Below are positions 1 to 9,972 of a DNA stretch of 64,000 nucleotides, in pieces (the stretch's first letter is position 1; every line of letters begins with the position of its first letter). The translations under genes and the position numbers were made by a program. Location of the stretch: the NCBI GenBank assembly GCA_963716725.1, contig CAVQUB010000015.1, positions 549,943 through 613,942 on the forward strand, given 5' to 3'. The notes beneath the pieces were generated by a model, which was not told the DNA's origin, did not search any database, and saw only the letters and a list, made by a program, of their open reading frames with translations. Origin of the DNA: an uncultured delta proteobacterium. GTDB taxonomy: Bacteria; Myxococcota_A; Polyangia; Polyangiales; Polyangiaceae.

Positions 1-797
1 AGGATGGTGGCCGCGGCGAACTGGGAGCGCGCATCCCAGTCGTCGATCTCGGCGCGATGCTGCCGCTCGACGAAGCTCTCGCCACGCTGGCGGAGCGATT
101 GGACAAAGGCGACTACGACGCGCCCAAGCCAGTGCTGCGCGCGGAGCTCCCCGTGGCACAGCGGAGCAGCGTCGATCTGACGCTTCGGGCGGGCTGCACC
201 CGCTTCGATGCGGTGGGCGGACGACCGCTGTCAGGCATCGAAGCCTGGCTCTGGGCCGGCGACACCGCGCTGGTCGCGCACGACAGCGGCCCGAACCAGG
301 TGACCCTCTTCTCGTGCAGCGCGGGCGGTCCGGCGCGGTTGGATCTCGAAGCGCTGGCGCGGTCGGGGCCGGTCGTGGTGGAGCAGCGACGATTTCGCAA
401 AGTCGCGGACGTGCTCACCCAGCATCCGTTGGCCGCGAGTCGATTGCTGGGGCGCGTGCTCACGCGCGGTACGGTGCGTCGCGTCGATCAACTCGGTCTT
501 CCGAAGCTGGCGGCGCTGAGCGAGACGAAGCGCGTGGATCTCGATCTGCTGATCCCCATCGCTCGTTGCGCAGACGTGGTGCTGGCGCTTGGGCCCGGGG
601 CGGCGGGAGCCGAAGTGCGCATTGTCGACAAGGCCACCGGCAAGGAAGTGGACCGCGGATTGGGACGCCACCACGCCGCGGCCCGCGGCTGCGCGCTCGA
701 CCGTCGGGGATCCCTTCAGGCCCGCGCCGAGTTGACCGTCACGAGCGGGAGCACCGATGCCTTGGTGCTCACGCGCCAGATCTCGCCGGCCGAATGA
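1..797 (+). CDS. hypothetical protein, 5'-truncated by the window edge
   Basis: The frame of ORF 57..797 is open back to position 3 and has GC-rich codon usage; no motif recognised. Confidence 0.6.
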   Translation, partial: DGGRGELGARIPVVDLGAMLPLDEALATLAERLDKGDYDAPKPVLRAELPVAQRSSVDLTLRAGCTRFDAVGGRPLSGIEAWLWAGDTALVAHDSGPNQVTLFSCSAGGPARLDLEALARSGPVVVEQRRFRKVADVLTQHPLAASRLLGRVLTRGTVRRVDQLGLPKLAALSETKRVDLDLLIPIARCADVVLALGPGAAGAEVRIVDKATGKEVDRGLGRHHAAARGCALDRRGSLQARAELTVTSGSTDALVLTRQISPAE

Positions 798-993
798 TTC
801 TCCTGTAATTGCAGGCAATTGCGGCCGTGTGGCGAGGGGGTCGCGGTGGCTCGCGAAGCTCAAAACCTACAGTGGCGTTTTCCGTGGCTTTCGGGCTAAC
901 CTGCGCCCCGCACTCAGGGTGCAGCAAGATTTCGAGCGGGTTCGGAACTGGGTAAGCAGAGCGAAAGCGGACTGCGGAAAGAGGAGCACACAG

Positions 994-1452
994 ATGATGG
1001 AGCAGCAGACGGGCATTCAGGCACAAGGTGGAGGCTACGGACCGCCTCCGGGCGGGTACGGTCCTCCGGGCGGTGCGCCTGGTGGGTACGGTGCGCCTCC
1101 CGGGATGCCTGGTGCTCCGATGGGGCCTCCCGGCGGGATGCCGATGGCGCCGCCCGGTGGTGGAATGCCCCCCGGCATGGGCGGCGGCGCGCCGCCGGAC
1201 CTCGAGGCACACGTCAAGAAGTGGTTCACGCTGTCGATCGTCTCGATCTTCTGCGGCTGCGGTATGCTCGGCCTGATCAACGTCTGGATGGCGATGCAAG
1301 CCAAGGACGCTTTGGCCAAGGGCGACTCGGCCGGAGCAGCCGAGAAGATCAAGACCGCACGTATGCTCTGCATCGTCGGCTACGTGATCTTCGGTCTGTA
1401 TGTCTTGGGCGGCATCGCCTACGGCATCATGATGGCCATCGCGCTGAGCTGA
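994..1452 (+). CDS. CD225/dispanin-like membrane protein with Pro/Gly-rich N-terminus
   Basis: GAGGAG at 981-986 precedes ATG 994; PPGGYG repeats, then LSIVSIFCGCGMLG...AKDALAKGD..GA..KIKTAR and a TM helix. Confidence 0.7.
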   Translation: MMEQQTGIQAQGGGYGPPPGGYGPPGGAPGGYGAPPGMPGAPMGPPGGMPMAPPGGGMPPGMGGGAPPDLEAHVKKWFTLSIVSIFCGCGMLGLINVWMAMQAKDALAKGDSAGAAEKIKTARMLCIVGYVIFGLYVLGGIAYGIMMAIALS

Positions 1453-1473
1453 GCCGCGACCACGGTCGAAACG

Positions 1474-1511
1474 AGGGCGTCGCCGGTTTCGGCGGCGCCC
1501 TTCTTCTATTT
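1474..1511 (+). terminator. Rho-independent terminator
   Basis: Stem AGGGCGTCGCCG / loop GTTT / CGGCGGCGCCCT followed by TCTTCTATTT, about 20 nt after the stop at 1452. Confidence 0.75.
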
Positions 1512-1583
1512 GCGCCCAGACTCGCTTTTTCCGCTCGATCCGAAAGATCGAGCCCGGCGCCGCGCTCCGGGTACCATCGGAGT

Positions 1584-4052
1584 ATGTCGACCTTACGCTT
1601 TGGGCTCTGCTTTCTGGGCATCGGTGCGGCTGTCGCGAGCGCGTGCGGCGGGGATGACGGTGGCACGGCCGGCCCGAGCGTCGGCGGCACCGCCGGTGAC
1701 GCCTCGCTCGGCGGTACCGGGGGTGGTGGTACTGGCGGCACCGGCGGCGGGGTGAACATCGACTCCGGCGGCGACGACTGCAACGCGCAGAAGCCCTGTG
1801 AAGCCGGCGTGTGCGTCGGCGGCAAGTGCTGTCCTTCGGCGGAGCAGGCCTGCGGCAGCGCCTGCTGCGGCGGCGCTGAGGTTTGCCTCTTCGAACAGTG
1901 CGTCGTGCCGGGCAAGTCGTGTCAGTCCGCAGCCGACTGCGCGACGGGTGAGTATTGCGAGACGGCCCTCGGCACGGCGCCACCCGACGGCGGCGTGTCA
2001 GACGCTGGTGGCGGCGACTCCGGCGCCGCGTGCTCGCAGCCGGTGCCGGCCAACGGCAAGTGCGTGAAGCTGCCGCCCATCTGCGAGGGCGACGGCGGCG
2101 CGCCCGACGGTGGAACCTGCGTGCAGAAGTGTGAGTACAAACCGCCGTCCGGCGTGCTGACCGCGGTCAAGAAGTGGCAGTGGGGCACCGACGCCGCGCC
2201 GAAGCAGTTCCCCGGCTTCGCCGACGTGTGGTCGACGCCCACGGTGGCCCGCGTGGCAGACGCCAACTGCGACGGCAAGGTCGACGAGACCGATCCTCCC
2301 AACGTGATCTTCGTTTCGGGGAACGCCCAGCAAACCTGCTGCTCCTGCGGCACGGCCACCCCGAGCACCTGCCTGACGGGCAAGCTCCGCCTGCTCGACG
2401 GGCAGAGCGGCAAGGAAATCTGGTCCCTCGACAAGGGCAAGGCCGGAGCCCTGGGTTTTGCCGGCCTGTCGGTCGCCCTCGGAGACATCGACGGCGACAA
2501 GAACATCGACATCGTGGCCATGACGGGCGACGGCTACATTGCCGTCGTCGATCACCAGGGCAAGGTCGTGGCGGTGAGCGACAAAGCCGTCGACACCGCG
2601 GTCGCCGGCGCCTTCGGCTGGGGTGGCGGTATCGCCATCGGCGACATGGACGGCGATGGCGCCCCGGAGATCGCCTACGGGCGCAACCTGTTCTCGACCA
2701 AGGGCGGCACCATCACGCGGCTGTGGGTGGGCACTGGCGGCAACGGCGGCGGCGGCGGGCGCGAGCTTTCGTTCTTCGCGGATCTGAACGGCGACGGCAA
2801 GCTCGAGTTGGTCGCGGGCAACACCGCCTACAAGATCGACGGCACGGCGCTCTGGACTGCTCCCCCAACGGTGACCAACGGCTACAACGCCGTCGCGGAC
2901 TTCGACAGCGACGGCAAGCCCGAGGTCGTGGTGGTGTCCGCTGGCAAGCTGTGGGTGCTCGAAGGCGCGACCGGCGCCATCGAGCTCGGCCCCCTCACCC
3001 TGCCCAGCACCGGCGAAGGAGGCCCGCCCACCGTCGCGGACTTCGACGGCGACGGCAAGCGCGAGATCGGCGTCGCCCAACAGGCGAAGTACGCGATGGT
3101 GAAGCCCAACTACGCCACGAGCAAGATCGACGTGGTCTGGACCGCCCCGAACCACGATCTCTCGTCCAGCGTCACCGGATCGAGCGTGTTCGACTTTGAC
3201 GGCGATGGCACCGCCGAGGTCGTCTACAACGACGAGTGCTTCCTCTGGGTGTACGACGGAAAGACCGGCAAAGTTCTGTTCGCGACGCCCACCACCTCGT
3301 TCACGGCAACCGAGGCGTCGCTCGTCGCGGACGTCGATGGCGACGGTCACTCTGAGATCCTGATGGGCTCCAACGGCGCCGATCCCAGCTCGGCGGGTTG
3401 GAAGTGCGACGTCGCGCCGTGGAATCAGCCCGACGCGGCCAATAACCGCCCAGCCTGGAAGGCGCCCCCGGGCAAGCCCGCATTCCGCGGCATCACCGCC
3501 TTCGGCGACAAGCAGAACAGCTGGGTCGGCACGCGCACGGTGTGGAACCAGCACGCCTACTCGGTCTCGAACGTCTGCGACTCCCGCGACAGCGCCTGCG
3601 CTCCTCCGAACCTCTACGGCTCGATCCCCACCGCGCAGAAGCCCAACTGGACTCAGCCGTGGCTCAACAACTTCCGCCAGAACGTGCAAGACAAGGGCAT
3701 CTTCGACGCGCCCGACGTGGTGGTGAAGGTGGACGTGGTCTGCTCGAACCCGATCGTGGTCAAGGTCAGCGTGCGCAACATCGGCCTGGCCGGACTGCCA
3801 GCCGGAGTCACGGTCGCGGTGTTCGTCGACCAGGGCGGTACGCAGACTCAGCTGGGAACGGTCGTGACGACCAAGCCGCTCCTCCCGGGCCAGACTGAGG
3901 TCATCGACTTCACCGTGCCGTCCGGCGCAGCTCAGACCACCGATGGGTTCTTGGCGAAGGTGGTCATCGATCCCAAGAACAAGACCTTCAACGAGTGCCG
4001 AGACGACAACAACGAGAGCGCTGTCGTGAAGCCGAAGTGCGGGCCGCAGTGA
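1584..4052 (+). CDS. lipoprotein with Cys-rich N-terminus, FG-GAP/VCBS beta-propeller repeats and C-terminal CARDB-like domain
   Basis: Lipobox-like ASAC; repeated (A/G)DxDGDGxxE motifs; C-terminal VRNIG...PGQTE...ECRDDNN. Confidence 0.8.
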   Translation: MSTLRFGLCFLGIGAAVASACGGDDGGTAGPSVGGTAGDASLGGTGGGGTGGTGGGVNIDSGGDDCNAQKPCEAGVCVGGKCCPSAEQACGSACCGGAEVCLFEQCVVPGKSCQSAADCATGEYCETALGTAPPDGGVSDAGGGDSGAACSQPVPANGKCVKLPPICEGDGGAPDGGTCVQKCEYKPPSGVLTAVKKWQWGTDAAPKQFPGFADVWSTPTVARVADANCDGKVDETDPPNVIFVSGNAQQTCCSCGTATPSTCLTGKLRLLDGQSGKEIWSLDKGKAGALGFAGLSVALGDIDGDKNIDIVAMTGDGYIAVVDHQGKVVAVSDKAVDTAVAGAFGWGGGIAIGDMDGDGAPEIAYGRNLFSTKGGTITRLWVGTGGNGGGGGRELSFFADLNGDGKLELVAGNTAYKIDGTALWTAPPTVTNGYNAVADFDSDGKPEVVVVSAGKLWVLEGATGAIELGPLTLPSTGEGGPPTVADFDGDGKREIGVAQQAKYAMVKPNYATSKIDVVWTAPNHDLSSSVTGSSVFDFDGDGTAEVVYNDECFLWVYDGKTGKVLFATPTTSFTATEASLVADVDGDGHSEILMGSNGADPSSAGWKCDVAPWNQPDAANNRPAWKAPPGKPAFRGITAFGDKQNSWVGTRTVWNQHAYSVSNVCDSRDSACAPPNLYGSIPTAQKPNWTQPWLNNFRQNVQDKGIFDAPDVVVKVDVVCSNPIVVKVSVRNIGLAGLPAGVTVAVFVDQGGTQTQLGTVVTTKPLLPGQTEVIDFTVPSGAAQTTDGFLAKVVIDPKNKTFNECRDDNNESAVVKPKCGPQ

Positions 4053-4056
4053 TGCG

Positions 4057-5814
4057 TCACTCGTAGGGGTTGGCCTCGAGGCCGCCCGCGGGTTTTCCGC
4101 CCACGGGTTTTCCGCCCACCACCGGCTTCTTGTCGATGGGCCGCGTCACCTGCAAATCCCCCGGCTTGACGGGGGCGCCGCCGACGCTGCGGACCCGGAT
4201 CGCCGTGTTGTCGTTGGGCGTGATCGACTCGGTGATCTCACTGCCGTCGCTGAGACGCACCACCAGCGTCAAGCTCTGATCCGAGCGCGGCAGATCGAAC
4301 TCGGCGCCTTTGTCGCGGAATTTGACGCCCACGACTCCGGGACCGCGGATCTCCGCGATCTCGGTGTCCGCGGTGACCACCACCCGCACGAGGGCAGAGG
4401 GCACGTTCAGCGAGGGCGGTGCCAACGTGCTGCTGCCGCGAGGGCCCGCGCTGCCCGGGGGCGAGGCGGCCTGAGTGCCGCGGCTGACCAGCGTGGCAAA
4501 CACGACCACGAGTCCCAGCGCGAGGCTGCCCAGAGCGCTCGCGAGCACCACCAGCGTGAGGCGCTTCCGCCGTTGGTGCTCGTCCACCTCGGCCTGGGTG
4601 ATCGCCGGGACCACCTTGACGCTGTCGAGCGTCAGCGGAGCGGAAGTGCCCGCGGTGGAGCCGGTGCCGGAACTTTGGGTCTGCCGGAGCGCGCGGAACC
4701 CGGCCGGCGCTCGGGTTCCGGCCAGCACCGCGGCCAGGGCCTTGCGGCGCTCGAGCACCGCTGTCCCGCAGAACTCTTGGACCAAACGCGCGATCTCGGC
4801 GCTGCTGACCAGCTCCGAGTGCACCCTGGCCCAGCCCTCGAAGGCATCAGCCAGAGCCGCCGCGGTGGGCCAGCGATCGTTGGGGCTCGGTGAGAGCGCC
4901 CGCATCACGATGCGCTCGAGCTCCGCCGGAATGCTGGCGTCCACGCTGGAGGGCGACCGGTACTTGCCCTCGGCGACCTCGAGCAAAATCTGTGCGTCGT
5001 TCTCGGCCTTGAACAGGCGCTCGCCGACGAAGAGCTCCCAGGCCACGATGCCCATGGCGAAGACATCGACGCGGCGGTCGATGGCGCCGCCTCGGGCCTG
5101 CTCTGGCGCCATGTAGCGGAACTTGCCTTTGGCCAGGCCGGTTGCCGTGTGCACCGAGCGCTCCGCGGCCTTGGCGATGCCGAAGTCCGTGAGCCGGACG
5201 GTGCCGTCCGAGCCCAGCAAGAGATTGTGCGGCGTCGCGTCGCGGTGGACGACTCCGAGCGGCACGCCGTTCATGTTGGTGATCTCGTGAGCTGCGTGCA
5301 GCCCTGCCAGCGAGTCGATCAAGATGCGGATGGCGGCGGGACGCGAAATCCGCTCGCCGCGCTTGCGAGCCGCGCGCATCACGTTGGCCAGGCTCGGGCC
5401 GTCCACGTAGTCCATCACGAGCAGGTGCTCGCCCTGCGCGTCGTGCACATCTTGAACCGCCACGACGTTGGGGTGGCGGATGAGCGACGCGATCCGCGCT
5501 TCGTCCATGAACGACGCCGCGAGCTCGGGCTCGGCGCCGATGTGAGGGTGCATGCGCTTGATGGCGACCAGGCGCTCGAAGCCCCCTGCCCCGTACTGCC
5601 GGCCGACGTAGACCGTGGCCATGCCGCCCGACGCGACCTCGAGCAAGAGTTCGTAGCGGCCCACCTGCTGCATCCGCGGCACGCCCATGGCGGGCGCGGT
5701 TGCCGTTGGGCTCGAGACATACGCCTCGCGAGCGTCGAGGGCGCGGGTCAGCTCGATTTCGCTCATGGTGAGCTCCTCGAGCGACGCGGTGTCGTCGTTG
5801 GCGCCGTCGGTCAT
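4057..5814 (-). CDS. membrane-anchored Ser/Thr protein kinase
   Basis: ASGGMATVY, VAIKR, HRDATPHN, DFGIAK, GKFRYMAPEQ, DVFAMG; one TM segment; tail ending GLEANPYE. Confidence 0.92.
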   Translation of the reverse strand: MTDGANDDTASLEELTMSEIELTRALDAREAYVSSPTATAPAMGVPRMQQVGRYELLLEVASGGMATVYVGRQYGAGGFERLVAIKRMHPHIGAEPELAASFMDEARIASLIRHPNVVAVQDVHDAQGEHLLVMDYVDGPSLANVMRAARKRGERISRPAAIRILIDSLAGLHAAHEITNMNGVPLGVVHRDATPHNLLLGSDGTVRLTDFGIAKAAERSVHTATGLAKGKFRYMAPEQARGGAIDRRVDVFAMGIVAWELFVGERLFKAENDAQILLEVAEGKYRSPSSVDASIPAELERIVMRALSPSPNDRWPTAAALADAFEGWARVHSELVSSAEIARLVQEFCGTAVLERRKALAAVLAGTRAPAGFRALRQTQSSGTGSTAGTSAPLTLDSVKVVPAITQAEVDEHQRRKRLTLVVLASALGSLALGLVVVFATLVSRGTQAASPPGSAGPRGSSTLAPPSLNVPSALVRVVVTADTEIAEIRGPGVVGVKFRDKGAEFDLPRSDQSLTLVVRLSDGSEITESITPNDNTAIRVRSVGGAPVKPGDLQVTRPIDKKPVVGGKPVGGKPAGGLEANPYE

Positions 5815-6764
5815 CAGAAGCGCCCCCGCGCGCCGACGAAGCTCGGGCCGATGATCAAACCGGCATCCTCCGGCGGGGGCTTGGGCTTCGAGCTGCCTTT
5901 CCAGTTGGTGAAAAATAGCCCGATGACCGCGGTGCCGACTCCGGCCACCGCCGTCGCGCCGAGCAAGAGGTTGGTCCGACTCTGCTTGGCTTGACCGTCG
6001 TCGAGGGCGCTCTGGGACGGATCGGTCTCGAACTCGTCCCGCGCGCGGTTGGTGTCGAGCCCGCTCCAGAGCGTGACGCCGCCCACCACGGCGGTCAGCC
6101 CGATGCCGACGTAGAACCAGGTCGGCGACAGCGCTTTGTCGTCTCTCTTGGTCGTGTCCGCTGCGTTCGGCGGCGGCGCCTCGGTTTCGCCCTCTTCTTC
6201 GAGTTCAACGCGCTCGGATTTGGGCGGCTCGAGCGCGACCTTCACCAGACTGCCCGCCACGACAGTGAGCTTGCGCTGCACGGTCCTGCCGCCGAACTCG
6301 CCGTTGACCGTGTGATCCCCGGGGTCGACGTAGGAGATCTCGACGACGATGGGCTTGCCGTCGAGCTCGACGTTCTTGGCGCCGCGATCGAGGATCTGAA
6401 TTCGGCCGAGCATCGGGGTGAGCTCGGCAATCAAAGCGTTGGCTTTTTCGCGCCGCGAGTCATCCTCGGGGGCATCCCGCAGATAGCGCGCGCACAAGTT
6501 GGCTGCGCGCACCAGTTGACCGGCCTTCTGATGAGCGGTGGCGGCGTTGAACAGCGCCGCCGGATGCGGCGCGATGGCGTGGGCCTCTTCGAAGGCCTTG
6601 GCCGCGACGGCGTACTGGTGGCGCTTGAAGGCCTTCTCGCCTTCCTTGAACTTCTGGGCGGCCTCGGTCTTCGAGTCCTGGGCAATGGCCGGCCCGGGCA
6701 CGGAAAGCGCCAGGGCGAACACGACGAGGGCGAGCGAAGAACGACGCGGCACGGGGCGACCCAC
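5814..6764 (-). CDS. secreted TPR + PEGA-like protein with C-terminal hydrophobic hairpin
   Basis: Signal peptide; TPR-like helices (FKEGEKAF...ALFNAA); PEGA-like VELDG..VDPGDHTV; ends GARGRF. Start is uncertain (6764 or 6752). Confidence 0.7.
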   Translation of the reverse strand: MGRPVPRRSSLALVVFALALSVPGPAIAQDSKTEAAQKFKEGEKAFKRHQYAVAAKAFEEAHAIAPHPAALFNAATAHQKAGQLVRAANLCARYLRDAPEDDSRREKANALIAELTPMLGRIQILDRGAKNVELDGKPIVVEISYVDPGDHTVNGEFGGRTVQRKLTVVAGSLVKVALEPPKSERVELEEEGETEAPPPNAADTTKRDDKALSPTWFYVGIGLTAVVGGVTLWSGLDTNRARDEFETDPSQSALDDGQAKQSRTNLLLGATAVAGVGTAVIGLFFTNWKGSSKPKPPPEDAGLIIGPSFVGARGRF

Positions 6765-6867
6765 ATGGTACCGCCCAGGCTCGCCCGGGGCCAGAGTCGG
6801 TGGGGTTCCGACGCCTTTCGGGGACTCGACACCCCCCGACGCGAGCGCCGGCAGCCCCCGGCAGCGG

Positions 6868-9828
6868 TCAGATGGAACCTCGTCGTCGACGCAGCCCCGC
6901 CGCGCCAATCAGCAACAACAGGGCGACCTTGCCGCTAGAATTCTGCTCGGCACCCGCAGTTCGACAGCCGCAGCCGCCGTCGTCGTCGACATCGAAGGGC
7001 GCTGCCTTCGACCCACCTGCGCCGCCGGACGATGAACCGCCGGACGATGAACCGCCGGACGATGAACCGCCGGACGATGAACCGCCGGACGATGAGCCGC
7101 CGGACGATGAACCGCCGGACGATGAGCCGCCGGACGATGAACCACCAGCTCCGGCGGTTCCACCAGTCGATGCTCCACCGGCTCCGGCAGTTCCGCCGGT
7201 CGAGGTTCCGCCGGTTCCGCCGGTCGAGGTTCCGCCGGTTCCGCCGGTCGAGGTTCCGCCGGTTCCGCCGGTTCCGCCGGTCGAGGTTCCGCCGGTTCCG
7301 CCGGTTCCGCCGGTCGAGGTTCCGCCGGTTCCGCCGGTTCCGCCGGTCGAGGTTCCGCCGGTTCCGCCGGTTCCGCTCGGTTGACAGGTGCCGGACTGGC
7401 AGGTGCCTCCGGCGCAGGCGGAGCCGTCGGCCTTCGGCGGATTGCTGCACGCGCCGCTGGTCGAATCGCAGGTGCCCGCGACGTGACACTGATCGCTCGC
7501 GGTGCATGTCACCGGGTTGCTGCCGGTGCAGATTCCGGTCTGGCACGTGTCGGTTTGCGTGCAGGCGTTGCCATCGATGCACGAGGTGCCGTCGCCTTTC
7601 ACTGGATTGCTGCACGTCCCGTCGATCGGGTTGCAGGTGCCCGCGACGTGGCACTGATCGCTCGCGGTGCACGTCACCGGGTTGCTGCCGGTGCAGGTTC
7701 CGGTCTGGCACGTGTCGGTTTGCGTGCAGGCGTTGCCATCGGTGCACGCATTTCCCGTGGTGCTTCCGCAGGTGCCGTTCACGGCGGCTCCCGCGGCGAC
7801 GCTGCAGGCCTGGCAGTCGGTCATCCCGCCGGCGCAGGCGGTGCCGCAACAAACGCCGTCCACGCAGAAGCCCAAGGCGCACTGCGTCGCGGCCGAGCAC
7901 GGGTCGCCGTTCGCGGACTTCAGGGCGTAGACGTAGGTGCTGCCGGAGCCGTTCCCGTTGTCGTCGTCCTGCGACGAGCCCACCAGCGCGGTGGCGCCGT
8001 CCAGGGCAACAGACCACCCGAACAGGTCCCGAAGCGCCCCGTCGAAGGGCGTGAGTTTCACTGGCGGCGACCAGGTCGTGCCCGCGCGCGTGGAAAGGTA
8101 CGCGCTGCCGGTGTGCGTGGTGGACCCGAGGAATCCGGGCGCGCCCACCAGCGCGACGTTGCCGCTCAACGCCACGGAATGGCCGAACCGGTCATTCGTC
8201 GCGCCGTCGGGCGCGGTGAGCTCGGTTTGTGCTGCCCAGCTCGTGCCCGTACGCAGGAACACGTACGCGCTGCCGGAATTCCAGTCTTTGTCGTCGTCGT
8301 AGATGAACCCGACGAGCGCGGTGTCCCCGCTCAGAGCCACGGAACACCCGAACTGATCATCCGCCGCGCCGCCGGAGGCGACGAGCTTCGCCTGCTCGGT
8401 CCACGCCGGCGTTGGGTTCGCGGTGACCACGAAGACGTAGGCGCTGCCCTTGTTGCCGTCGTCGTAGATGGACCCGACGAGCGCGGTGTCCCCGCTCAGA
8501 GCCACGGAAGACCCAAACTGATCGCCCGCCGCGCCGTCGGAGGCCGTGAGCTTCGCCTGCTGGGACCAGGCCGTCCCCGTGCGCACGAAGACGTACGCGC
8601 CGCCGGATCCCGATCCCTTGGCGTCGTGGCCTACGGCGCCGACGAGGGTGGTGTCCCCGCTCAGAGCCACGGAATACCCGAAATGATCGTCTGCCGCGCC
8701 GTCGGAGGCCGTGAGCTTCGCCTGCTCAGCCCAGGCCGTCCCCGTGCGCACGAAGACGTAGGCGCTGCCGGCGTCCTTTGCCGTGGTGTCGTTCAGGCGA
8801 GCGCCCACGACGGCCGTGTCGCCGCTCAGAGCCAAGGACCAACCGAACTCGTCGCTCGCGACGCCGTCGGAGGCCGTGAGCTTCGCTTGCTGGGACCAAA
8901 TCGTCCCCGTACGCACCAACACGTAGGCGCTGCCCGAGCTCTTGCCCTTGTCGTCGTCGTAGACGGCCCCGACCAGCGCGGTGTCCCCGCTCAGTGCGAC
9001 GGAGTACCCAAAAGCGTCGTCCTCGGCGCCGTCAGAGGCCGTCAGCTTGGCCTGGAAGGTTCCCACCAGCGGATCGATTTCCACCGGGAACTCCGCTCCG
9101 GCGACGTTGACCGCAAGCAGGATGCGGCCGGCCGGCGTGAGGCTCATGCGAGCGGGCAGCGCCGTGCCCTTCGCGTCCTTCGCAAAAAGATCGGAGTAGC
9201 GGTAGCGCTCGCCGCCCGCTGCCTCGAGCACGAGGGCGTCTCCCTCGGCTCGCACCCCAAAGCCCGCGGCCGCGACCTCGAGCACCAGCTCGCCGCCCTG
9301 CGCGGCGCAGGCCGGACGTGCGTCGACCGTGAACCCTTGTTCGAGGCCCATCGGACCGGTGAGGTACCACTCTTCCACCGCCACGCCGTCGACCTGCCGC
9401 GAATAGGCGACGCGGTTGTGTTCGAAGCTGGGCGCTGCGGCCGACACGCTCGCGGTTTCGCCCGCGCAGCCGAGCTGCTCGAGCGCCAGCCCGCCGTGCT
9501 CACCGGATCGCTCCGAGGCGATGTGCGCGCCGAGCGCGTCGTAGCGGACCGAAAAACCGCGCGCTTCGGCGACGAGTTGGTCGCCCCGCCGGCGGACCGC
9601 GTACTCGGGTCCGGCCCCCTGCTGCTGCGCGAAAATCGCTGCTGCGCGCAGCGCGTCGGTCGCGCCCGCGGCCCACTCGCCGGCCAGCGCGACGCTCGCC
9701 GAACTCCGAGCTCCCGCATCGGCGCCGTGCGGCGAGGACCGCTCCGGAGCGTCGCTCGATTGCAGACAGCTGAACCACAGACACGCAACCGCCGCGAACA
9801 GCGGCCATTTCCACGCAGCACGCTCCAT
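6868..9828 (-). CDS. FG-GAP (integrin-alpha-like) repeat surface protein with Cys-rich repeats, Gly/Ser/Thr linker and MYXO-CTERM sorting signal
   Basis: Seven LTASDG..DxFGxSVALSGDTALVG-type repeats; C-terminus GGCGCRTAG...LLLLIGAAGLRRRR. Confidence 0.88.
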   Translation of the reverse strand: MERAAWKWPLFAAVACLWFSCLQSSDAPERSSPHGADAGARSSASVALAGEWAAGATDALRAAAIFAQQQGAGPEYAVRRRGDQLVAEARGFSVRYDALGAHIASERSGEHGGLALEQLGCAGETASVSAAAPSFEHNRVAYSRQVDGVAVEEWYLTGPMGLEQGFTVDARPACAAQGGELVLEVAAAGFGVRAEGDALVLEAAGGERYRYSDLFAKDAKGTALPARMSLTPAGRILLAVNVAGAEFPVEIDPLVGTFQAKLTASDGAEDDAFGYSVALSGDTALVGAVYDDDKGKSSGSAYVLVRTGTIWSQQAKLTASDGVASDEFGWSLALSGDTAVVGARLNDTTAKDAGSAYVFVRTGTAWAEQAKLTASDGAADDHFGYSVALSGDTTLVGAVGHDAKGSGSGGAYVFVRTGTAWSQQAKLTASDGAAGDQFGSSVALSGDTALVGSIYDDGNKGSAYVFVVTANPTPAWTEQAKLVASGGAADDQFGCSVALSGDTALVGFIYDDDKDWNSGSAYVFLRTGTSWAAQTELTAPDGATNDRFGHSVALSGNVALVGAPGFLGSTTHTGSAYLSTRAGTTWSPPVKLTPFDGALRDLFGWSVALDGATALVGSSQDDDNGNGSGSTYVYALKSANGDPCSAATQCALGFCVDGVCCGTACAGGMTDCQACSVAAGAAVNGTCGSTTGNACTDGNACTQTDTCQTGTCTGSNPVTCTASDQCHVAGTCNPIDGTCSNPVKGDGTSCIDGNACTQTDTCQTGICTGSNPVTCTASDQCHVAGTCDSTSGACSNPPKADGSACAGGTCQSGTCQPSGTGGTGGTSTGGTGGTGGTSTGGTGGTGGTSTGGTGGTGGTSTGGTGGTSTGGTGGTSTGGTAGAGGASTGGTAGAGGSSSGGSSSGGSSSGGSSSGGSSSGGSSSGGSSSGGSSSGGAGGSKAAPFDVDDDGGCGCRTAGAEQNSSGKVALLLLIGAAGLRRRRGSI
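7022..7141. repeat. 15-bp tandem repeat x8 (encodes GGSSS on the minus strand)
   Basis: CCGCCGGACGATGA(A/G) in tandem with no spacers. Confidence 0.9.
7190..7375. repeat. coding low-complexity repeat (GGT/GGTST linker)
   Basis: GTTCCGCCG units interspersed with GTCGAG. Confidence 0.85.
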
Positions 9829-9880
9829 GATGATCCCTCGCCTCCCCGTGGCCGCCCCCCAGCGTCCCCACCTCTCGAAG

Positions 9881-9910
9881 ACGCTATCGGCGCTCGGGGC
9901 CACCCGTCAA
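9881..9910 (-). promoter_or_regulatory. putative sigma70-type promoter of the MYXO-CTERM gene
   Basis: Minus strand TTGACG - 18 nt - TAGCGT, about 50 nt upstream of ATG 9828. Confidence 0.5.
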
Positions 9911-9972
9911 TCGCACCACGCGCGAAGGCGGTTTTCGGCCCCGTCTCGCCCACTGGGCGGCCGATCGCAGCC

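Noticed and set aside
803..822. Tandem near-palindromes CTGTAATTGCAG / GCAATTGC as an operator
   Set aside because: Short, single occurrence and no regulator to assign; insufficient support.
5225..5250. Kinase catalytic loops HRDATPHN and HRDVSPQN as pseudokinase signs
   Set aside because: The catalytic Asp/Asn, the VAIK lysine and DFG are intact; Lys-to-Ser/Thr variants are common in myxobacterial kinases.
7022..7375. Regular short repeats resembling a CRISPR array
   Set aside because: No unique spacers; unit lengths are multiples of 3 and encode a Gly/Ser/Thr linker; no cas genes in the window.
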